DNA from: Candidatus Latescibacterota bacterium
Lineage (GTDB): Bacteria; Latescibacterota; UBA2968; GCA-2709665
Assembly (NCBI GenBank): GCA_965248435.1
Contig: OZ252100.1
Location: forward strand, 1,600,001 to 1,664,000
DNA: 64,000 nt
Direction of reading: 5' to 3'
The notes beneath the pieces were generated by a model. The model saw nothing but the letters and a program-made list of their open reading frames with translations. It was not told the DNA's origin and did not search any database. Below, piece by piece: positions 56,762 to 64,000 of the stretch. A program made the translations under genes and the position numbers. Position 1 is the first letter of the stretch. Each line of letters begins with the position of its first letter.

Positions 56762-59683
56762 ATGAAGTGGATGTCTCTCCTGGCGGGGTTGTCCCTCTGC
56801 TGGGCAGGATCGGCTGGTGCTCAAGCCATCGGTGAAGTCACAGACATCCAGCTCCTGGGTGGAACAGCGACAATCACCCTCGACCTTTCGGTGAATGACT
56901 ACGAGTTGATTCTCTATCCAACGATCCAGGATGAGCCGGACACCGCCCGAACTTTCTCTTATACGGTTTCCAGCACGACCCCTTCTTCCAAGATTGCCCT
57001 CACGCGCATGCCTAGCCCCGTCGGCGTGACAGATCGCGATCGCCTCGAGTCAGTGCTCCGCCGACGCGAGCGGGAATTGGCCGACCGACTCGATGGCCAG
57101 AAGCCATCGCCACGGCCCGCGTCTAAAATCGCTGCACAGGTTGGCGATGTTCGGACCTTCACGTTTAGTGCATTCGGGGACGTGACCGAGGACCGCTCCG
57201 TCGAGACCACGCTGGTCGCCACGAGTGATCGCGCAACCGCCTATCTCGATGACGCGCTGCCCGCCGCAGACGAGAACGTGACGATCACGCAGATCGAGGA
57301 TGTGCTCACCACTTTCAGTACAGACACCTACCCGGTCCTCACCACAACGTTTGGGACCGCTTCCGACGTTGATGCGGATGGCAAGGTCGTCTTCTTGTTT
57401 ACGCACCTCGTCGATGATGTCGGCGGCATCGCAGGATTTTATTCCTCCTCCTCCTTGTTTTCAGCTGAGCAGGGCGGCAACGGTAATCTGGCTGACATGA
57501 TGTTCATCAGCCCGACCCGGGCGATCAACTCCTACGAGTCCCTCTTGGCCCACGAATTCCAGCACCTGATCAATTACAACGAACACGTGCTCGTGCACGA
57601 CGGCGATCCAGAAGAGAGCTGGATGAACGAAGCCCTCTCCCACGTCACCGAAGACCTGGTGGGCGGACACGTGGAAGGCGGGAATCCAACCCTCATAGAG
57701 GAATTCATGCGGGACCCGGGGGCCTACCGTTTGAATGGAGACGCGCTCCTCAACTCGGGAATCCGAGGATCGGCTTACTTGTTCTTGCGCGGATTGATCG
57801 AAGACTTCGGTGAAGCCCTTCCAGGTCAGCTCGTTCAGACAGATGTCTCGGGTATCCCAAACGTGGAGGCGACAACAGGTCAAGACTTCGAGACGCTCTA
57901 TCGGACCTTCGTCGCACGGGTCTTTTTGAGTGGGACCGGCCTCAGTGAGGAAACTCAGTCTAACTACACATTTCCCTTCTTTACCGAAACGACAACAGGG
58001 CATCGTTCAATTCCCCCACCGGGCGAGACGGTGATTTCGAATCAGGTGGCCACCGTATCAAGCAGCGTCAAACCACTCGCGCCGGAGTTCATCCGAGTTG
58101 CCGGGACCGGAATCGAGCAGAGCTTTGATATTCAGACAGAGGTTGCCGGGTCGTTTCAGGCCTTGCTCGTCGCCCTGCCCAAAGGCTTCATCCCTTCACT
58201 ATCACTGCCCTCCGGTTTCTTTCCTGGTATCGTTCTGGACGCGCCATTTCAGGGCGGCTACACTGAAGGAGAAGCAGTCACCGTGTCCGGTTCGATCCCG
58301 GATTCGGAGGGAAACGAACTTCTCTTTCAATTTGTCTCATTAGAGGGAGAAGCTGATACCGTAAAATTCATAGCACGTGTGGCAGACGGTCGGTTCGGTC
58401 TTCCCATTCTGTTTTCACAGACAAGGGCGGGGAAATACAACTTCCAGCTCTTTCTAGGTCAGACAGGTGCCACACTTCCGTTCGTCGGGGGCTTTTCTCC
58501 GGTTGTTGTAGATGAACGCTCCGGCCCGATCGACCTGCCGGTGGATTTCTTTGCCGGGATCACGCTCGATTCCACTTTGCCGACCCATTACGAGGCAGGA
58601 ACCGGCATCTCTCTGTCCGGTGTTGTTTCCGATCCCTCGGTGGAAGCGCTTTTGATGACCTTTACCTCCGAGGCCGATGGCCAGGAAATCAGGGTCCAGA
58701 CAGTCACTTCCGGAGGACAGTTCCGGAAGGGATTCCTGTTCACGCCGGACCAGACCGGTACTTATTCCCTTGACCTTTTCGGGGGACTCGAGGGAGAGAG
58801 CCTTTTCCCACTCGGTTCCTTTGACCCCGTTACAATTACGTCGAGTGGAAACGAACGCATCTCCCTGCCCGTAGACTTCTTCGACTCCATCCTCCTCGAT
58901 CTACCCCTGCCCGGGACCTACCTGGGGAACAAGACAGAGGTCCTCTCGGGACGAATAACAGAGTCCTTTGTCGAAGCCCTCATAATGATCTTTAATCCCA
59001 ATGGAGCTGAGCAGGAGATCCGGGTAGATGTTGAAGTCTCCGAAGAGGTTTTCCACCAGGAACTTGCGTTCACGTCAGACAAGGCGGGTAGCTACACGCT
59101 GGACCTATTTGGAGGATCTTTCACGACAGGAGAGTTTCTGTTGTTGGGCTCGTTCCCGCTTGCTGAGATCCTCATACCCCAGCCGGACATCCTCGTCCGC
59201 CAGGCCTCTATCTCCTGGGAGGACGTCCCGATCGGCGAAAGCTCCGGGCTTCAAATAGAGGTCGTCAATGCCGGCAATGAGGACCTCGTCCTCACCGACA
59301 TCGGCCTCGAAGGTGACCTGTTTTCAGTCACCCCGATGGACGCCACGGTTTCCGGCGGAGACAGCATCACCGTTACCGTCACCTTTACGCCCGCTTCCAC
59401 GGGCGCCTTCACGGCCCTACTCGAAATCCTCAGCAACGACCCCGACCAGGCGTCTCTTCAGGTCTCCCTGACCGCATCCGCGATCGAGCCGGAGCCATCC
59501 ACTGGCCCGTCGCCCGATTTCGATGGGGACGGCAAGGTGGGCTTCCTCGATTTCGTTGCGTTCGCGCTCGTCTTCAATTCCGTGGAGGGGGACGGGAATT
59601 ACGATCCCAAATTCGATCTTGACAATGACGAACAGATAGGATTTCTGGATTTCGTGGCCTTCTCCGTTGCCTTTGAAGGGTAA
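56762..59683 (+). CDS. Secreted M30-like zinc metallopeptidase with three 110-aa repeats, an Ig-like (ASH/choice-of-anchor D) domain and a C-terminal dockerin-like EF-hand pair
   Basis: Signal peptide, DVDADGK, LAHEFQHLIN..WMNEALS, repeats at 58199/58529/58859, N.G...L...VTFTP...SNDPD, DFDGDGKVGFLDF / DLDNDEQIGFLDF. Confidence 0.82.
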   Translation: MKWMSLLAGLSLCWAGSAGAQAIGEVTDIQLLGGTATITLDLSVNDYELILYPTIQDEPDTARTFSYTVSSTTPSSKIALTRMPSPVGVTDRDRLESVLRRRERELADRLDGQKPSPRPASKIAAQVGDVRTFTFSAFGDVTEDRSVETTLVATSDRATAYLDDALPAADENVTITQIEDVLTTFSTDTYPVLTTTFGTASDVDADGKVVFLFTHLVDDVGGIAGFYSSSSLFSAEQGGNGNLADMMFISPTRAINSYESLLAHEFQHLINYNEHVLVHDGDPEESWMNEALSHVTEDLVGGHVEGGNPTLIEEFMRDPGAYRLNGDALLNSGIRGSAYLFLRGLIEDFGEALPGQLVQTDVSGIPNVEATTGQDFETLYRTFVARVFLSGTGLSEETQSNYTFPFFTETTTGHRSIPPPGETVISNQVATVSSSVKPLAPEFIRVAGTGIEQSFDIQTEVAGSFQALLVALPKGFIPSLSLPSGFFPGIVLDAPFQGGYTEGEAVTVSGSIPDSEGNELLFQFVSLEGEADTVKFIARVADGRFGLPILFSQTRAGKYNFQLFLGQTGATLPFVGGFSPVVVDERSGPIDLPVDFFAGITLDSTLPTHYEAGTGISLSGVVSDPSVEALLMTFTSEADGQEIRVQTVTSGGQFRKGFLFTPDQTGTYSLDLFGGLEGESLFPLGSFDPVTITSSGNERISLPVDFFDSILLDLPLPGTYLGNKTEVLSGRITESFVEALIMIFNPNGAEQEIRVDVEVSEEVFHQELAFTSDKAGSYTLDLFGGSFTTGEFLLLGSFPLAEILIPQPDILVRQASISWEDVPIGESSGLQIEVVNAGNEDLVLTDIGLEGDLFSVTPMDATVSGGDSITVTVTFTPASTGAFTALLEILSNDPDQASLQVSLTASAIEPEPSTGPSPDFDGDGKVGFLDFVAFALVFNSVEGDGNYDPKFDLDNDEQIGFLDFVAFSVAFEG

Positions 59684-59689
59684 GCCGGC

Positions 59690-60364
59690 CTACACTGGCC
59701 AGGTTTCCTCTCGGTAGGCCATGTCCCAGAACATCCACTCATACCGGCTGGTCGTGATGAAATGCTCGACCATGGCCTGTCTTCCCTCCGGTGAAATTGC
59801 CTCAGCAACCCGATTCGTTAGGGCAAGCACGTCCTCCACGATTTTACCGAATTCCTCCCCTCCATAGGTCTCGATCCACTTTCGATAAAGGGCGTTCGGC
59901 GACCCCTTCCGAATCAGAACCTTCCCGACTTCCCAGTAGATCCAGTAGCAGGGCAGGAGCGCTGCCAATCCCTCGGAGAACGGGCGGCCGTAGGCCACCG
60001 CGAGCAAATAGCTCGTGTACGCACGATTCGTCGGCGTCATTGGGGTAGATCGAACCGCTTTTTGAGAAAGGCCGAAATCGCTGAAAAATTCGCCGTGCAA
60101 TGCCCGTTCGACTTCGATGGCACCCGCGGCGTGAGTGTTGAACATGGCAACGTCCTGTTCTTCGGGCGCCTTGGCGGCAGCAAGACTCAGCGCCCTGGCA
60201 TATTCGCTGAGGTAAAGCGAATCCTGCACGATGTAGAATTTGAAGGCCGACAGATCGAGGCTGCCGTCCGTCAGACCCCTGACAAAGGGCTGGTCAAGAA
60301 TCGCGCCGAAAATATCGGCGATCTCAGACCATAGGTCCGATGTGAACTGCCGCACGCGAGGCAA
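59690..60364 (-). CDS. tenA: Thiaminase II / aminopyrimidine aminohydrolase
   Basis: PFV.GL..G.L...F..YIVQD..YL, PTNRAYT, LLPCYWIY, YRKWI.TY, YEWMFW. AGGAGG SD before TTG. TTGACG-17-TATGAT promoter at 60432-60460. Confidence 0.92.
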   Translation of the reverse strand: MPRVRQFTSDLWSEIADIFGAILDQPFVRGLTDGSLDLSAFKFYIVQDSLYLSEYARALSLAAAKAPEEQDVAMFNTHAAGAIEVERALHGEFFSDFGLSQKAVRSTPMTPTNRAYTSYLLAVAYGRPFSEGLAALLPCYWIYWEVGKVLIRKGSPNALYRKWIETYGGEEFGKIVEDVLALTNRVAEAISPEGRQAMVEHFITTSRYEWMFWDMAYREETWPV

Positions 60365-60587
60365 TGGGCCACCTCCTCTCCTGAAATCCCCTTCGTTAGA
60401 CTTTGAATTCTGCGCGGGCCAAACGCTCCATATCATACCAAGACCCGACTCGGCCGTCAAGCCTGGCAGCAGTCAATTTTCGTTTGTGTTTAGACACCGT
60501 CTGTCGTATTATTCGTTCGACTGAAAGATAGCCATTCAGCGCAGTTCAAGAAGGAATCGAGCAAAACTCTATCGGGGGTTATACTCT

Positions 60588-60939
60588 GTGCAGATTCCTC
60601 CTCCCAACGTCCAGCAAGGCGTAATGAAACGCCTCAAGGACCACGCAAAGAAGAGGTATGAGGGCAAGCGGGGTGTCACAGAAATACGTGGACACATCAA
60701 GGGCAATCGCCTCTTCCTCGAGGTGGTCAAGGAGGAAGGAAGGCGTAGTTGGAAGAATGTTTAAGATGGGCACGGTCAGAGGCGTTGCGCGTTTGGCCCG
60801 CCTGGATTATCTGGGTCCAAACAAGTGGAAGTTTCTGATCTACAAGTCGGACAAGAAGGTCTACGGACCCTACGGCGCGTTGCAGGAGGGCACGATAGAG
60901 GAGTGCCTGGATGCCGCAGCGGACGTCTATTTGAAATAG
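60588..60939 (+). pseudogene. Small hypothetical protein gene split by a frameshift
   Basis: ORF 60588-60764 (MQIPPP..RLKDHAKKRY..LFLEVVKE) continues in the +1 frame (EGVVG..ARLDYLG..W.F.IY..GTIEECLD). GAAG is duplicated at ~60735-60742. Confidence 0.6.
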
Positions 60940-61143
60940 CCTGAGGCGCATCGCGTTCATCTCCCTCCCGAAGAAGCCATCCTGCCATAAAAAAACGATC
61001 TCTCGCCAAGACGAAGCCTGGTCTTTGACCTCCGCAGCAACGCCCTCAACCAAAAGGCATTTCCCAGCAGAGACCCTCTCTTCAGAGCGACCACAGCTTC
61101 CAAAATACGGTTCACCCGACCCTCAGCTACTCATGAGGTATCC

Positions 61144-62187
61144 ATGGCTAAGTTGATCGATCTCAGGAGCGACACCGTCACAAAACCGTCTGAAGGCATG
61201 CGCCGGGCGATGGCGGACGCCGAGGTGGATGACGATGTCATTGGCAGGGATCCCACCACGAAAAGGCTTCAGGAAACGGCCTCTGCCATGTTCGGAAAGG
61301 AGCGGGCCTTGTTCGTTCCCTCCGGAACGATGGCGAACCTCATTGCATTGAAGGCCCACGCACAGCCAGGGAACGAGGTCATCAGTTCAGACAGCGCCCA
61401 TATCATCCACGCCGAAGTCGGGGGCCTCGCTGCGGTAGCGATGCTCCAATCTCGACCCATCCCCGCTCCGGAAGGCTACTTCACGGGCGATCAGGTCGAG
61501 GCCTTGATCCGCCCCGGAAGCTTCTGGGCCCCAAAAACCGGCCTGGTTGAAATCGAAAACACGATGAATGCCCCGGGTGGAAGGGTCTTTCCACAGCATC
61601 ACATCGACGACATCTGCCGGCTCGCACACGATCACGACGTCCCCGTCCACATGGATGGTGCGCGGGTGTTCAACGCGGCGATCGCTTCGGAGACCCACGT
61701 CAACAGAATCGCTCAGGGATGTGACTCCGTCTGCTTCTGCCTCTCCAAGGGCCTGGGCACACCGGCCGGCTCCCTTCTCCTCGGCACCTCGGACTTCATC
61801 GAGAAGGCCTTCGGAATCCGTCAGATGCTCGGCGGAGGGATGAGGCAGACCGGCATCCTCGCCGCTGCCGGCCTGTATGCCCTGGAACACAACGTCGAGC
61901 GGCTGGCCGAAGACCACGCGAACGCCCGGCTGCTGGCCGATGGCTTGGCCGAAATCGAAGGCATAGGCGTCGATCCCGAGACCGTGGAGACGAACATGGT
62001 CTCCTTCGATCTGTCGAAGACAGGTTTGACCAGCGCGGAATTTGCCGAGTCTCTGCGAGAACGAGGTGTCCTGACCACCGCGCCTCGGCGGGCTCTCGTC
62101 ACACATCTCGATTTCAACCGGGAGGATATCCTGGAAGCGGTGAGGGCGATCGGGGAGGTCGTCGGGGACGGTCAGAAACAGTCCTGA
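61144..62187 (+). CDS. ltaE: Low-specificity L-threonine aldolase
   Basis: DLRSDTVT, PSGTMAN, IENT, HMDGAR, CLSKGLG, GGGMRQ, DHANA. Confidence 0.92.
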   Translation: MAKLIDLRSDTVTKPSEGMRRAMADAEVDDDVIGRDPTTKRLQETASAMFGKERALFVPSGTMANLIALKAHAQPGNEVISSDSAHIIHAEVGGLAAVAMLQSRPIPAPEGYFTGDQVEALIRPGSFWAPKTGLVEIENTMNAPGGRVFPQHHIDDICRLAHDHDVPVHMDGARVFNAAIASETHVNRIAQGCDSVCFCLSKGLGTPAGSLLLGTSDFIEKAFGIRQMLGGGMRQTGILAAAGLYALEHNVERLAEDHANARLLADGLAEIEGIGVDPETVETNMVSFDLSKTGLTSAEFAESLRERGVLTTAPRRALVTHLDFNREDILEAVRAIGEVVGDGQKQS

Positions 62188-62238
62188 ATCCCCGTCACAG
62201 TCAGGCATCTCTTCGCTCAACTCACCGAAGGGGACGCG

Positions 62239-63135
62239 ATGGCGGCCAAAATCCTGAGTGGAGAAGCGGTATCACAAGCGATGCGCGCCGAGATGGCCGA
62301 AGAGGTGGCACGTCTCAAGGAAAGGAATGTGATTCCGGGGCTTGCAGTCGTCCTGGTGGGCGATGACCCCGCTTCGATCTCTTACATAAAGGGAAAACGC
62401 AGGGCCTGCAAGAAGATCGGCATCCACTCGATCGAGCACAATCTAGATGCAACCGTCTCGGAAGAGGAAGTCGTCGAAGTCGTCAACGGCTTGAACGCCG
62501 ACAAAACAATAAACGGCATCCTCGTTCAACTCCCCCTCCCCGGGCATCTGGACGAACAAAAGATCCTGTCCAGGATTGACCCAGCGAAAGACGTCGACGG
62601 CCTGCACCCCGTCAATCTTGGAAAACTCCTCCGCAGCGATGACGGATTCCTGCCGTGTACGCCACACGGTATCCAGCAGCTCCTGCTGCGCAGCGGAATC
62701 GAGATCGAAGGCAGGCACGTCGTCATCGTGGGGCGAAGCATCCTTGTCGGCAAGTCCCTCGCAAACATCCTCCTTAGAAAGGTCCCGGGGGCGAACGCGA
62801 CGGTCACCGTATGCCACACTGGCACCCAGGACATCGCGCAGTTCACTCGTCAGGCCGACATCGTCGTTGTGGTGGTGGGGCGCCCCAAGACCCTCACCCC
62901 AGACATGATCTCTAAGGGTGCTGTCGTCGTCGACGTCGGGGTCAACAAAGTTTCGGACCCATCCAGAAAACTGGGATACCGCCTGATCGGCGACGTCGAT
63001 TTCGAAGGCCTGTGCGAAAAGGCGAGTGCCATCACACCGGTGCCTGGCGGCGTCGGTCCCATGACCATCACGATGCTGCTGCACAACACCATCCGATCCG
63101 CAAGGAAGGCCCACGGACGCTCCTCCTCACTCTGA
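62239..63135 (+). CDS. folD: Bifunctional methylenetetrahydrofolate dehydrogenase/cyclohydrolase
   Basis: PGLAVVLVG, GILVQLPLP, KDVDG, PCTP, GRS..VGK, TPVPGGVGPMT. Confidence 0.97.
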   Translation: MAAKILSGEAVSQAMRAEMAEEVARLKERNVIPGLAVVLVGDDPASISYIKGKRRACKKIGIHSIEHNLDATVSEEEVVEVVNGLNADKTINGILVQLPLPGHLDEQKILSRIDPAKDVDGLHPVNLGKLLRSDDGFLPCTPHGIQQLLLRSGIEIEGRHVVIVGRSILVGKSLANILLRKVPGANATVTVCHTGTQDIAQFTRQADIVVVVVGRPKTLTPDMISKGAVVVDVGVNKVSDPSRKLGYRLIGDVDFEGLCEKASAITPVPGGVGPMTITMLLHNTIRSARKAHGRSSSL

Positions 63136-63220
63136 GCCCTTCCCCTGATTTCCTCGTATCTTCGAATACACTCCCCCTGAACTGAATCTTTTCCCGGATC
63201 ATACCCCTGGACATGCCGGA

Positions 63221-63249
63221 TTGACAGAAAGGCTCGGTTCGGGTATCCT
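63221..63249 (+). promoter_or_regulatory. sigma70-type promoter
   Basis: TTGACA-17 nt-TATCCT. Confidence 0.55.
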
Positions 63250-63293
63250 TTCAGAGTTTCGAATCTCCTTCAAGACCAACCAGGGGGCTTTGT

Positions 63294-64000
63294 ATGAAAA
63301 AGACGACCATCGCTTTTGTCTTGATATTTCTTCTGTCCCAGGGAAATCCCGTGCATTCACAGGAACGCGAGGGCGACTTCGACGGAGACGGCAAGGTCGG
63401 CTTTCTCGACTTCGTCGAATTCGCCGTGGGCTTCGACAAGGCTGAAGGGGATCCGGGCTTCGACGCGCGGCTCGACCTAGACGCGAGCGGAAAAGTCGAC
63501 TTCTTCGATTTCATCAGGTTCACCGAGGCCTTTGCGCAGGACAACCCACCGCCCGAGCCGGACCCGGTTCGCATCCTACTCTATATCGCCGACCTTGTAG
63601 GTAATAAGGTAGATGTACTCGATACGGAGACCAATCTACTCGACCCCGCTCGCCAGATTTTGGTGTCTCAGCCGCGCGGCCTGGCTTTCTCCTCTCAAAA
63701 CGGGCGGGTCTACATCGCGAGTGTGGACACATTTCACGCAGTCTTTCAAAGCGGCTCGATAGATTATTCGATCCCCCTGCTGGATCCTCCCGCCGAGCCC
63801 GGGGGCAACCCCGTGAGCCGGGCTGGTTACAAAGTTGCGCTTTCCCAAGACCACAAATTTGCGTATATCACGGAGGAGGTGGCGGGGCAGGTCGAAGTGA
63901 TCGACCTCACGAGCGCTCAATCCGTTACCCAGATCCCGGTCGGTCCCACACCTGTCGGAATCGTCGCATCCAGCGATGGCCAGGAGATCTATGTAGGGCA
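63294..64000 (+). CDS. Secreted protein with an N-terminal dockerin-like EF-hand pair and a YVTN/YncE beta-propeller, 3'-truncated (absent from the ORF track)
   Basis: Translated by hand: MKKTTIAFVLIFLL..GDFDGDGKVGFLDFVEF..DLDASGKVDFFDF..LYIAD..V.VLDT..PRGLAF..AYIT...V.VID..IPVG.TP.GI. Confidence 0.82.
   Translation, partial: MKKTTIAFVLIFLLSQGNPVHSQEREGDFDGDGKVGFLDFVEFAVGFDKAEGDPGFDARLDLDASGKVDFFDFIRFTEAFAQDNPPPEPDPVRILLYIADLVGNKVDVLDTETNLLDPARQILVSQPRGLAFSSQNGRVYIASVDTFHAVFQSGSIDYSIPLLDPPAEPGGNPVSRAGYKVALSQDHKFAYITEEVAGQVEVIDLTSAQSVTQIPVGPTPVGIVASSDGQEIYVG

Noticed and set aside
60365-60460. TPP riboswitch upstream of tenA
   Set aside because: The leader after the predicted promoter is only ~60 nt and lacks CTGAGA/ACCTG motifs.
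60940-61143. Glycine riboswitch upstream of ltaE
   Set aside because: No GGAGA..CCGAAG..CTCTCAGG aptamer pattern is visible.

Overview
GC-rich (~60%) bacterial chromosomal window of mostly housekeeping and catabolic genes. No rRNA, tRNA, CRISPR array, transposase or phage genes were recognised. Gene content (tandem PhyH-family dioxygenases, secreted proteins with dockerin-like EF-hand pairs, rplM-rpsI-rpsB-tsf order) suggests a Latescibacterota/FCB-type diderm; this is inference. Main blocks: gdh 3' end; a divergent EboE-like TIM barrel; M20 hydrolase; a REP-bracketed membrane zinc-ribbon + FAD/4Fe-4S oxidoreductase pair; a catabolic cluster (2x PhyH, RraA, M24, 2x HpcH, iolD); an outer-membrane module (NHL propeller, ~1100-aa SprA-like barrel, Omp85/TamA); dapL; rplM-rpsI-rpsB-tsf-frr without pyrH; dppABC; a sugar/amine operon facing a sulfatase; an SPL-family radical SAM gene with an SOS-like box; a TMTC-like glycosyltransferase; uvrB-nadC-birA-coaX; purB; an isolated sigma28 flagellin; fliL-amrBA-WYL; a secreted metallopeptidase; tenA, ltaE, folD. 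The most unusual signals are non-coding. (1) A self-contained ~260-nt transcription unit upstream of rplM has a promoter, a perfect SD, an 11-aa peptide MSDETSGGGCS, a long hairpin with alternative pairing partners, and a terminator. (2) A ~300-bp repeat sits in open frame at the 5' ends of both large outer-membrane genes, and a third copy keeps only the ends. (3) A candidate structured RNA lies at 41.2-41.4 kb. Intergenic spaces carry several families of REP-like palindromes and heptamer repeats. All calls come from reading the sequence and recalling motifs; no searches were run.
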